Positions 11,990 to 24,017 of a DNA stretch of 64,000 bases are shown here, piece by piece. Location of the stretch: assembly GCF_963921235.1 (NCBI RefSeq), contig NC_086097.1, positions 175,834,001 through 175,898,000 on the forward strand. The letters are read 5' to 3'. The stretch's first letter is position 1, and the number at the start of each line of letters is the position of its first letter. The DNA is from Mobula hypostoma. Its lineage: Eukaryota. The notes below the pieces were generated by a model. It was not told where the DNA came from. It saw nothing but the letters and a program-made list of their open reading frames with translations, and did no database searches. Both the position numbers and the translations under genes were made by a program.

Positions 11990-12260
11990 CGTGCACCACT
12001 GGCACAGTTAGCCACTGCCTCCCAGCTGCAGAGACCCAGGTTCGATTCTGACTTTTGGGCACCGTCTGTGTAGAGTTTACATTTCCTCCCTGTGAGCGTG
12101 TGATTTTTCTCTGGGGCTCTGGTTTCCTCGCACACCCCAAAGTTGGTTGGTAAATTGGCTGCAGTAAGCTGTCCCCAGGTGTGAGAGTGAGAGGAGGAAT
12201 CGGGCGGGGCGGGGGGTCATTGATAGGAACGTGGGGAAAGTAAGATGGGATTAGTGTCGA
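11990..12260 (+). mobile_element. tRNA-derived V-SINE/HE1-like SINE, decayed
   Basis: B-box-like ggttcgattc followed by gtctgtgtagagtttacatttcctccctgtg and ctctggtttcctcgcacaccccaaa, typical of V-domain SINEs. An antisense relative lies near 61640-61800. Confidence 0.6.
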
Positions 12261-12531
12261 CATGTACCTAAGGGTTTGCAGGGATTCTGTTTGCCTGTCT
12301 CAAGCTAGATTCTGAAATCAAAGAAGAGCTCATATGCCAGCAGATCTAGGCTACTGGAGGACGTAAAATTACAAGTTATAGATCCCTCTCCCTTGATATT
12401 TCTCTGATTTATTCTCTCTCCAAGTCCTGCCAAATTTTGCAGAGTCAGAGAGTAGTATGGCACGGACACAGCCCTTCAGCTCATCACATCTACGCTGACC
12501 TTTTTACTCATGTACACTAATCCTATTTGCC

Positions 12532-14099
12532 AGATGCTCTGCATCCCAGAGTGCTTAAGGAAGTAGCCCAAGAAATAGTGGATGCATTAGTGATAATTTT
12601 TCAAAACTCGTTAGATTCTGGACTAGTTCCTGAGGATTGGAAGGTGGCTAATGTAACCCCACTTTTTAAAAAAGGAGGGAGAGAGAAACCGGGGAATTAT
12701 AGACCGGTTAGCCTGACATCGGTGGTGGGGAAACTGCTAGAGTCAGTTATCAAAGGTGTGATAACAGCACATTTGGAAAGCGGTGAAATCATCGAACAAA
12801 GTCAGCATGGATTTGTGAAAGGAAAATCATGTCTGACGAATCTCATAGAATTTTTTGAGGATGTAATTAGTAGAGTGGATAGGGGAGAACCAGTGGATGT
12901 GATATATTTGGATTTTCAAAAGGCTTTTGACAAGGTCCCACACAGGAGATTAGTGTGCAAACTTAAAGCACACGGTATTGGGGGTAAGGTATTGATGTGG
13001 ATAGAGAATTGGTTGGTAGACAGGAAGCAAAGAGTGGGAATAAACGGGACCTTTTCAGAAAGGCAGGCAGTGACTAGTGGGGTACCGCAAGGCTCAGTGC
13101 TGGGACCCCAGTTGTTTACAATATATATTAATGACTTGGATGAGGGAATTAGATGCAGCATCTCAAAGTTTGCGGATGACACGAAGCTGGGCGGCAGTGT
13201 TAACTGTGAGGAGGATGCTAAGAGGATGCAGGGTGACTTGGATAGGTTAGGTGAGTGGGCAAATTCATGGCAGATGCAATTTAATGTGGATAAATGTGAA
13301 GTTATCCACTTTGGTGGCAAAAACAGGAAAACAGATTATTATCTGAATGGTGGCCGATTAGGAAAAGGGGAGGTGCAACGAGACCTGGGTGTCATTATAC
13401 ACCAGTCATTGAAAGTGGGCATGCAGGTACAGCAAGCGGTGAAAAAGGCGAATGGTATGCTGGCATTTATAGCGAGAGGATTCGAGTACAGGAGCAGGGA
13501 GGTACTACTGCAGTTGTACAAGGCCTTGGTGAGACCACACCTGGAGTATTGTGTGCAGTTTTGGTCCCCTAATCTGAGGAAAGACATCCTTGCCATAGAA
13601 GGAGTACAAAGAAGGTTCACCAGATTGATTCCTGGGATGGCAGAATTTTCATATGATGAAAGACTGGATGAACTAGGCTTATACTCGTTGGAATTTAGAA
13701 GATTGAGGGGGGATCTGATTGAAATGTATAAAAGCCTAAAGGGATTGGACAGGCTAGATGCAGGAAGATTGTTCCCGATGTTGGGGAAGTCCAGAACAAG
13801 GGGTCACAGTTTGAGGATAAAGGGGAAGCCTTTTAGGACCGAGATTAGGAAAAACTTCTTCACACAGAGAGTGGTGAATCTGTGGAATTCTCTGCCGCAG
13901 GAAACAGTTGAGGCCAGTTCATTGGCTATATTTAAGAGGGAGTTAGATATGGCCCTTGTGGCTAAAGGGATCAGGGGGTATGGAGAGAAGGCTGGTGCAG
14001 GGTTCTGAGTTGGATGATCAGCCATGATCATACTGAATGGTGGTGCAGGATCAAAGGGCCGAATGGCCTACTCCTGCACCTATTTTCTATGTTTCTATG
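12532..14099 (+). mobile_element. Young 5'-truncated CR1 LINE with an uninterrupted RT-to-C-terminus reading frame
   Basis: 493-codon open frame (12527-14008) with QHGF, DFQKAFDKVPH, PQGS and KFADD; ttctatgtttctatg tail; flanked by ttgcc at 12527-12531 and 14100-14104. Confidence 0.95.
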
Positions 14100-16479
14100 T
14101 TGCCCACATTAGGACTGTAGCCTTCTGTACCTGCCTATTTAAACATCTGTCTAAATATCTCTTAAACATAGAAATTGTGTCTGGTTCCGCCATCTCCTCT
14201 AGCTGCACGTTCCAGATATTAACCACTGTTTCAAAAACGTAGCCCTGAAAGCCCTTTTAGATTTTCTACATTTCACCTTAGAACAATGCCCACTTGCATT
14301 TGATATCCTAACATGGGAAAATGATACTGACTATCTACCCTGTTTATGCCTCATATGATTTTATTTACCTCTATTGGATCACCCCTCATTCCAGGAAGAA
14401 CAAACTCAGCCTATCAAATCTAACTCAAGTCCTCAAATCCAGGCCATAGCCTGGTGAATCTCCATTGCAACCATATCTTTCCTGTGGTTTGGCGAACAGA
14501 ACTACGCACAACACTCCAAGCGTGGTCTGATAATGTAAAGATAGAATATAACATCCCAATCCTTACACTGCGTCCCATGACTATAAAGGCAAGCATTCCA
14601 TATTCACCAACCTATTAATTCAAACGCACAAGAACGTATGAAGCTGCAAAGAGCAGTGGACTCTGCCCAATATATCACAGGCGCCTCCCTCGTCACCACT
14701 GATGTACAGGAGGCACTGCCTCAGGAAGGGAACATACATGATCAAAGATCTCCACCATCCAGGCCATGCCATCTTCTTGCAGCTACCATCAGGCAGGAGA
14801 TACAGAGCCCTTAAGTCCTGCACCACCAGCTTCAGGAAGGCTACTCCCCTTCAATCATTTGGTTCTTTAACCAACTAGCACAACCCTTTTCACTACCTCA
14901 GTGGTGGTTGTCCATTGTGTCTGATGAAGACAGGAAACAGTGCGGGAGAGATTTTAAAGAGGAAAAGTCATTGCACTGGGGCAGCTCCACTCTCTTGACC
15001 CCATGTCCGGGTCCAGTGGTATGAAAAAGTTTGAATAACATACACTGACATCCTCTGACTCTAGTGTCGCCATGACTAGTTGCACGACAGCCTGGTGTGC
15101 AGGCTCCAGGGCACAGGATCACAAGAAGCTGCAAAGCATTGTAAACTCAGCCAGCTCCATCAAGGGTAGAACCCTTCCCACTACTGAGGACATCTTCAAA
15201 AGGCAGTGCCCGAGGAAGCAGCATTTATCATTAAGGACCCTCACCATCCAGGACACCTCATTAGTACCATACAGCAAGGAAGTACAGGAGCCTGAAGACC
15301 CACACTCAACATTTTAGGAACTGCAAACATTCATCAGGTTGCTGTTCAATGAGTACAGCTCAACATTACCATCCCCTCAAAATTGATCAATAAACTCCAA
15401 GACCTAGGTATTGATACCTCCTTGTAGAAATGGATCCTGAATTTCCTCACTTTCAAACACCAGTCCTTTCAGATTGGCAACAACATCTCCACAATCACCA
15501 TCAGCACAGGTGCAGCACAAGGCTGCATGCTTAGCCTCTGCTCTACTCTCTTTATACTTATGTCCCTGTGGCTAAGTAATGCTCCAATGCCATATTCAAG
15601 TTTGCCGACAACGCCACTGCTGTAGGCGAAATCAAAAGTGATGATGAATCAGCATATAGGAGGGAGATTGAAAATCTGGCTGAGTGGTGTCACAACAACA
15701 ATATCTCACCTCAATGTCAGCAAGACCGTGGAGACGGATCTCCTCTTGTAATCATGAGCTAGTCCTCATCAGAAAATCAGAAGTGGAGAGAGTTAGCAAC
15801 TTTAAATTCTTTGGTAGTATTATTTCAGAGAATCTGTCCTGGGATCAGCACGCAAGTGCCATTACAAAAAAGGAACGGTAGCGCCTCTGCTTTCTTAGAA
15901 GCTTGCACAGATTCCGTATGTCATCTAAAACTTTGTCAATCCTCTATGGATGCACAGTGGAGAGTACCCTGACTGATTGCACCATGGCCTGGTATGGAAA
16001 CACCAATGCCCATGAACGGAAAAGACTAGTGGATACAGGCTGAATTGGAGTGGATACAGCCCAGCTCGTCACAGGAAAAGCCCTCCCTGTCATTGAGCAC
16101 AAAGATCACAACCACTAGAAAGCAGCATCCATCATCAGGGGCCCTCACCATCAGAAGTGAGTCACAGCAGCTTGAGCCCCACATGACAAGGTTCAGGAAC
16201 AGTTATTAACCTTCAGCCATCAGGCCCCTGAACCAGCATGGATAACTTCATTCACCTCAACACTGAACTGATTCCACAACCTATGGGCTCACTTTCAAGG
16301 ACTCTACAACTTATGTTCTCAGTATTATTTATTACTAATTTATATTATTATTTGTTTTTTGTATTTGCTCAGTTTGTCTTTGCTCATTGGTCATCTGTTC
16401 ATCTTTGTGTGTATTTTCTCATTGATTCTATTGTGCTTCTCTGTATCTACTGTGAATGCCTACAAGAAAAGTCGTGCAT

Positions 16480-17315
16480 GCAGCCTGGTACAGCTGTTCC
16501 GATCTATTCTTACTTTCTTCTTCTCACTTTTTAATTTATGTTATTTTTTGTATTTTTTTTCTCACGGTAACACGTCGAAGCTGCACCCTCTCTAACATGC
16601 TGGTAGAGAGAGTTTTATTTGGGTCTTTTTTTAACTCTGGAAATGGTTACATCCCGACATGCGGGACAGAAGCAAGGTTGCATTGTGTATTCCAGAAACC
16701 AGCTAATGCCGGCCGGTTTAGCGAGCAGAGCGGCAGACACCCCTGCTGAAATCCGGAGGAAAACACACAGAGGATGCAGAGGGGGATCACAAAGTCGAGG
16801 ACAACAGAGACTTATGGAGAAGTGGAGTTCGGTGGGTAATACCGTTCCGGCTGACCGGAAGTGCACTGAGAGCGGTAAGCGTAAAGGAGTTGGGCACTTA
16901 CTGATCCAGTTAACAACAGATGGTGCATTCCGGGACATATTACAATCAAGGAACGTGTTTGCAGACTGGATATTGAACTTTTTACTGTTGGACTTCGGCC
17001 ACATCAATGACATACAGTATATTGTGAAATTTGTTGTTTACAGACAGAAAAATAACATTCCACCGAGATACAACACTGGGCGGCACGGGAGGTCATTCCT
17101 GCCTGTGGCCATCGAACGTGCAGCTCCTCCCGTGGAGGGTCGGACATCCTGAGCCAATAGACTCGTCCTGGACTTATTTTCCATCTGGCATAGTTTTCAT
17201 TTTGTTGTTTGATTGTTGGTTTTCGTGTCGCTATATTTACGCTCTATTCTTGGTTGGTGCGGCTGTAACAAAACCAAATTTCCCTTGGGATTAATAAAGT
17301 ATATCTATCTATCTA
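16480..17315 (+). mobile_element. Internally deleted Rex/Babar-like LINE derivative (5' and 3' ends only)
   Basis: 5' part encodes YSRNQL...EIRRKTHRGCRGG. The 3' part (gtcattcctgcctgtggccatc...ctggacttattt...aataaagtatatctatctatct) resembles the 3' end of the element at 38449-40682. No RT in between. Confidence 0.6.
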
Positions 17316-17854
17316 AAATAAATCTCAGAGTAGTATATGATGGCATATACATACTTGGATAATTTTCCTTTTGAACCTCTGCTATCAGAGTACAGGTACC
17401 CGCGAACAAGTCCTCTTTTGTACTGTTTCTTTGTTTTTATTGTCGTTTATAATTTTTCTGTCTGCAAACAACAAATTTCACAATATACTGTATGCCATTG
17501 ATAGAAAAAGTTGATTCTGAATGTCCCTGGATCATTAACTCAGGTCTCCAGTGCACAGGCATAATCATTGCACACTAACCCTTCCTTTATATCAGCAAAT
17601 ATCATCTAGCAATTGAAGAGACATTGACTATATAGCTCCCAAAGAGATAGTAGCTAGTAGCATGTTCGAAATGTTATCAGACTGTAAAGTAAGCAAACAT
17701 GAGAGACTATCTGTACAGAGCAAGGTTCCACAAACATTAAAGAGATAAATACAGATAATCATTTGTTTTTCTGTGGTGCTCATAGAATGATAAATATTGC
17801 TCAGAGCTTTTGAAGGTTTGCAGTGAAACGTGGCATCAGCCTCAAGGCATTTAA

Positions 17855-19132
17855 GGTAACTCGGTTGACTCTGGGTCTAGGACAGGCACTGTGATCTACA
17901 ACACATTCAGGGTAACTCGGTTGGCTCTGGGTCTAGGACAGGCACTGTGATCGACAACACATTCAGGGTAACTCAGTTGGCTCTGGGTCTAGGACAGGCA
18001 CTGTGATCTACAACACATTCAGGGTAACTCGGTTGACTCTGGGTCTAGGACAGGCACTGTGATCTACAACACATTCAGGGTAACTCGGTTGACTCTGGGT
18101 CTAGGACAGGCACTGTGATCTACAACACATTCAGGGTAACTCGGTTGGCTCTGGGTCTAGGACAGGCACTGTGATCTACAACACATTCAGGGTAACTCGG
18201 TTGGCTCTGGGTCTAGGACAGGCACTGTGATCGACAACACATTCAGGGTAACTCAGTTGGCTCTGGGTCTAGGACAGGCACTGTGATCTACAACACATTC
18301 AGGGTAACTCGGTTGACTCTGGGTCTAGGACAGGCACTGTGATCTACAACACATTCAGGGTAACTCGGTTGACTCTGGGTCTAGGACAGGCACTGTGATC
18401 TACAACACATTCAGGGTAACTCGGTTGGCTCTGGGTCTAGGACAGGCACTGTGATCTACAACACATTCAGGGTAACTCGGTTGGCTCTGGGTCTAGGACA
18501 GGCACTGTGATCTACAACACATTCAGGGTAACTCGGTTGGCTATGGGTCTAGGACAGGCACTGTGATCTACAACACATTCAGGGTAACTCGGTTGGCTCT
18601 GGGTCTAGGACAGGCACTGTGATCTACAACACATTCAGGGTAACTCAGTTGGCTCTGGGTCTAGGACAGGCACTGTGATCTACAACACATTCAGGGTAAC
18701 TCGGTTGGCTATGGGTCTAGGACAGGCACTGTGATCTACAACACATTCAGGGTAACTCGGTTGGCTCTGGGTCTAGGACAGGCACTGTGATCTACAACAC
18801 ATTCAGGGTAACTCAGTTGGCTCTGGGTCTAGGACAGGCACTGTGATCTACAACACATTCAGGGTAACTCGGTTGGCTCTGGGTCTAGGACAGGCACTGT
18901 GATCTACAACACATTCAGGGTAACTCGGTTGGCTATGGGTCTAGGACAGGCACTGTGATCTACAACACATTCAGGGTAACTCGGTTGGCTATGGGTCTAG
19001 GACAGGCACTGTGATCGACAACACATTCAGGGTAACTCGGTTGGCTATGGGTCTAGGACAGGCACTGTGATCTACAACACATTCAGGGTAACTCGGTTGA
19101 CTCTGGGTCTAGGACAGGCACTGTGTTCGACA
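17855..19132. repeat. 56-bp minisatellite, 22 full copies plus one partial
   Basis: Unit ggtaactcggttg(a/g)ct(c/a)tgggtctaggacaggcactgtgatc(t/g)acaacacattcag starts every 56 nt from 17855 to 19087. No spacers. Confidence 0.97.
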
Positions 19133-19350
19133 AAAGTAGGAAAGTCACAGACAGTACAAGATGAAGAAATAAGCAATTAAAATTGAGGTGTGTTGGAGTT
19201 TCCCCTTTCAGAGAACGATGAAGCTCTGCAACTCTCTGCTCCCAAGGGTGGTGGCAGCTGGATCGTTAAATGTATTTAAGTTGGACGTAGATGAATATTT
19301 GAAAGATTGAGGTCTTTTTAAGGTCATAGGGCATAAATGAGGTAGGCAGC

Positions 19351-21800
19351 CAGAACTGTAGAGGGAAGGGGCAGAGTCCCTATAAAGAAGGTGGGGGGAG
19401 GGTGGGAAGGAGAAGGCTGGTAGGTTCCAGGTGAAAAACCAGTACGGGGAAAGATAAAGGGGTGGGGGAAGGGAGGCAGGGAGGTGACAGGCAGGAAAGG
19501 TGAAGAAAGAATAGGGGAAAACACAATAGGTAGTAGAATGAGGTGGAACCATGAGGGAGGAGGTAGGCAGCTGGGGGAGGGGGCAGAGTAACATAGGGAT
19601 AGGGGAAGGGAGGGGTACCAAGGGGCTGGAGACTACCTAGACGGTATATGAGGTGTTGCTCCTCCAAGCTGAGTTTAGCCTCATCATGGCAGTAGAGGAG
19701 GCCATGTATGGACATATCTAAATGGGAGTGGGAAGCAGAGTTGAAATGGGTGGCTACTGGGAGATCCTGTCTGTTGTGGCGGATGGAGCGGAGGTGCTCG
19801 ACAAAGTGGTCCCCCAATCTGCGTCGGGTTTCACCGATGTAGAGGAGGCCGCACCGGGAGCACCGGATGTAATAGATGACCCCAACAGACGCACAAGTGA
19901 AGTGTTGCCTCACTTGGAAGTACTGTTTGGGGCTCTGAATGGTGGCAAGAGAGGAGGTGTAGGGACAGGTGTAGCACTTGTGCTTACAGGGATAAGTTCC
20001 AGGTGGGAGATCCGTGGGGAGGGGCGTGTAGACCAGGGAGTCACAGAGGGACCGATCCCTGCGGAAGGCAGAAGGGGGTGGAGAGGGAAAGATGTGCTTA
20101 GTGGTGGGGTCCTGTTGAAGGTGGCGGAAGTTGCGGAGGATAATGTGTTGGATCCGGAGGCTGGTGGGGTGGTAGGTGAGGACAAGGGGAACTCTGTCCC
20201 TGTTGTGGTGGTGGGAGGATGGGGTGAGGGCCGAAGTGTGGGAAATAGAGAAGATGTGGGTGAGGGCATCATTGATGACTGTAGAAGGGAAACCACGATC
20301 CTTAAAGAAAGAGGACATTTGAGATGTCCTGGAATGGAAAACCTCATCCTCGGAGCAGATGCGGCAGAGACGGAGGAACTGGGAATAGGGAATGTCATTT
20401 TCGCATGTGGCGGGGTGGGAAGAGATATAGTCGAGGTAGTTATGAGAGTCAGTGGGCTTGTAGAAGATGTCAGTGGACAATCTGTCTCCATTGATGGAGA
20501 CCGAGAGATCGAGAAAGGGGAGAGAAGTGTCTGAGATAGACCAAGTGAATTTGAGGGCTGGGTGGAAGTTTGAAGTAAAGTCGATGAAATTGACGAGCTC
20601 AACATGGGTGCAGGAAGCAGCACCAATGTAGTCGTCAATGTAGTGAAGGAAAAGTTGGGGAGCAGCACCAGAATAGGTTTGGAGCACAGACTGTTCCACA
20701 TAACCAACGAAGAGGCAGGCATAGCTGGGGCCCATGCGAGTGCCCATAGTTACACCCTTGGTCTGAAGAAAGTGGGAAGAGCCAAAAGAGAAGTTATTTA
20801 GTTTAAGAACCAGTTCCGCCAACCGGAGGAGGGTAGTGGTGGTGGGGAACTGGTGAGTCTACTATCCAGGAAGTAGCGGAGGGCTTTGAGGCCTTCTTGA
20901 TGGGGAATGGAGGTGTATAAGGATTGGACATCCATAGTAAAAATGAAGCGGTTGGACTGGGGAACTGGAAGTTATTGAAGAGGTGGAGGGCATGGGATGT
21001 ATCCCGGATATAGGTGCGGAGGGACTGAACTATAGGTGACAAAATGGAGTCCGGGTAGGCAGATACAAGTTTGGTGGGACAGGAGCAGGCAGAAACTATG
21101 GGTCTGCCAGTACAGTCAGACTTGTGTATCTTTGGGAGGAGGTAAAACCAAGCGGTATGGGGTGTGGGAATTATGAGTTTAGGGGCTGAGGATGGAAGGT
21201 CTCCGGAATTGATAAGGGCGGTGATAGTACGGGAGACAATGGTTTGATGTTTTTTGGTGGGGTCCTGTTCCAGGGGTAAGTAAGAGGAGGTGTCAGAGAG
21301 CTGCCGTTTGGCCTCAGTGAGCCAGACTACTACGGCACCACCTTGGTCAGCGGGTTTGATGGTGAGGTTGGGATTAGTGCGGAGAGAGTGGAGGGCAGTG
21401 CGTTCAGAGGGAGTGAGGTTGGAACAGGAAAGAGGAGTGGTGAAGTTGAGATGGTTGATGTCTCGGCGACAGTTGGAGATAAAAAGATCGAGTGCAGGTA
21501 GAAGGCCCGGGTATCCAGGAGGAGGAGGAGGGTTGAAGACGGGAGAAGGAGTCCTCAGTAGGGGGAGGGGAATCCTTGCCAAAGAAGTAGGTTCAGAGAT
21601 GTAGGCGACGGAAGAGTTCAGTGTCATGGCGGGCATGGAACTCACTGAGGTGTGGACGGAGGGGGACAAAAGTGAGGCTCTTGCTAAGAACAGAACGTAC
21701 TGCCTCAGAGAGGGGAAGGTCAGAGGGGATGGTGAAGACACGGCAGGGGTTGGGGCTGGGGTCGGAGGAGGGTGAAGGGTGGGAGGTCTCAGGAGGGAAA
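19351..21800 (-). mobile_element. Penelope-like retroelement (RT + GIY-YIG endonuclease), frameshifted
   Basis: IKPADQGGAVVV, FYLLPKIHK, GRPIVS (20803-21741); GVTMGTRMGPSYA, YIDD, FLDL and VIYYIRCSRCGLLYIGETRRRLGDHFVEH (19380-20822). Confidence 0.93.
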
Positions 21801-21873
21801 TTCGGAAGAAAAGTTCAGCGTCATGGCGGGCAAATGAGCCTGGTGCGATGCGCTTTCAGATTTTTGTATTTTC

Positions 21874-24017
21874 CAGTGGCTGTGCCAGAGATTTTTTCTT
21901 GCTGGTGCTACAGTGGGGCTGAATTATTCAGTGATGGTACTGAAGGATGTACCCTATGGTAATATGTTTTCGCAAGGCCAGACGTGTGGCATTCAAAAGT
22001 CAGTTTCAAGCATTATGTGCCTACTATAAATGCTTCTGTTGATTCACAAGCAACAGCAATTGATAAATATAATATAGAAGTGAACTGTGACAGTGTTAAC
22101 AGCATCAGAGACAACTCGGGCTACACAGAGCATAAACAAACAAACCAACAGAGCATCCGACCCACAGCGCACAACGTGAATCCCGCACCAATCCTGCAAT
22201 CAGCGTCAAATGCGTGCTTTTCAACTGAAAAATACAACACTAACCCACAGTCTCCACTGCTATTCATATTACATAGACAGACAATGCCAAAAGATACACC
22301 GTTATTAAAGTCAGATAAGGCAAACAACAGATGCAAGGCTTTGCCAGGAGTTGGACAAATCATAGTCTGACCATGCAATACCTCAATTAATTCGGCTACT
22401 GAATTTAAAACAAAAATCAACAGAATCACCGCTTGGAAGTCTAAGCAAAATCAATAGGCTTAATATCAGTAAATGTAATAGTATAGGATTTGCAGGAAAC
22501 ATAAGGACTATGGGGTATCGAACACAAAATAATAATAATAATCAGCATTAGTCTTGGCCCAAATTAAAAAAAAACAACTGCACTCACCATTGATGTTTTC
22601 AGAGAAGTACAATCCGTCTGTTGTTGTGATTGGTGGCGAAAGCATCGATTTTCTGGATGTCAAGTGCTTTGGTCCTCCAGCTGTTTATGGCCAACAGGGC
22701 CAAGTTGCTGTTCTGAGCATCGCCGCTGCTATTCCTTAGGTAGTTGTTGAGGCATCTGAGCAAGTGAAACTCCGTTTGCATGAGGCAGATGTCACAGGTA
22801 GAGTCAGTGATATGCAGATTAGTTTGTGTAAATCTATGAATGCATCGCGGTAGGGTCTCATTGGAACTAGAAATTCCACTGTGTCATTCACTGTCTGTCC
22901 TTGCTGGAGACTCAGCCACTGCTCTCATATACTCTCGATTTTCTTGGACAATCCTTGCATGTCCTTTGTTGAGCATATTTCCCAATCTCAAACCATCTTG
23001 TTTTCTCAATCTGAATTCGGCCCATGCCTCCATAGCAAACTTATGAGCTGCACTTTCATGGTGGGTTTTGAAAGCTGTTGTAGCTTTCCGCCAGTTGCGG
23101 TAACCGGTGACAGTGAAGGTAGACTCAGAATGGAACCCATGTCTTCCACACAGGAAATGCCTGCATGCGAAGCAGAACGTAATATCTTTCGTGATTGAAT
23201 ATTCCAGTCAGTCAAACCAGCCACGAATAAAACTCCTTTGCTGATTGACAAACTTGTTGCGGGCAGCGAAGGGTACTTTTTCAATGCTGGCCGACGGGGT
23301 CCTTCCTCAGGCTGCTGGCTAACATCGCTAACAGTGTTCCCACTAGCACTAAGAGCAGCTTCATCCATGTTTTCTTCTGAATCCCACTCCATTTCTTGTT
23401 CCTCTACTTCACCCTCACACTCCTTCAATGAACTGCAGTCGTCCTCATCCCCATTTACTTCTTTCTACATGTCACTTTCAATTAAGACAGGCTCAGGCTA
23501 AGACACCACTGATTCCTCTGGATGAGGTCGTTTTCTCACTAAAAATCATCCATTTTTCACGCCGCCAAAATAATGCACGTGCCAGGCTCACGCTAGCTTG
23601 TAAAAGCACAGTGTGTGTGTGGCATCCGTTAGTCTTGCGAGACCATGGATCTGCGCCTGTATGTATTCTATCAATCTCTCGTGTGAGTGACATCACAACC
23701 TTGTGATCTTAGATCAGCTTAACTGATCTGAGGACAGCAACTGCAAGACATTGACAACGAACGAATAAGCAGAATTGTAGAGTGGATCTGATAGACTTTA
23801 TAACTTTTTTTGCTGCGTGGGTGCTATAGTAATTGGGGGCGCTCTTTCACCAGATCAACTGGAGAAACAAGCTGTATTCAAAACTGTACAGAGAAAGCAA
23901 AGCAGCTGCAATTTGTATGTGAAATTTCAGTTAATTTCTTGGTGGTGCTACGCTGGTGCTATTGCAATTTCTGCTGGGGCTATAGCATCAGCTAGCACCA
24001 CCTCAGCGCTGCCCCTG
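21874..24017 (-). mobile_element. Internally deleted hAT DNA transposon (TTF zinc-finger / ZMYM1-like transposase)
   Basis: Imperfect TIRs cagtggctgtgc / caggggcagcgc; 8-bp TSD gtattttc (21866-73) vs gtatcttc (24018-25). Minus-strand fragments LEYSITKDITFCFACRHF...GYRNWRKATTAFKTHHESAAHK and the dimerisation domain LTLPVTSASCKRSF...NYLRNS...LALLAIN. Confidence 0.88.

Noticed and set aside
17855..19132. Possible CRISPR array
   Set aside because: Contiguous tandem units with no unique spacers, no cas genes, vertebrate context.
19722..20722. Overlapping 270-aa ORFs in alternative frames and on the opposite strand of the Penelope RT
   Set aside because: Shadow ORFs from C-rich codon bias; no recognisable domains.
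23006..23428. 140-aa acidic ORF as a host gene exon
   Set aside because: Lies within the hAT element. It is the transposase N-terminus running out of frame into the zinc-finger region.
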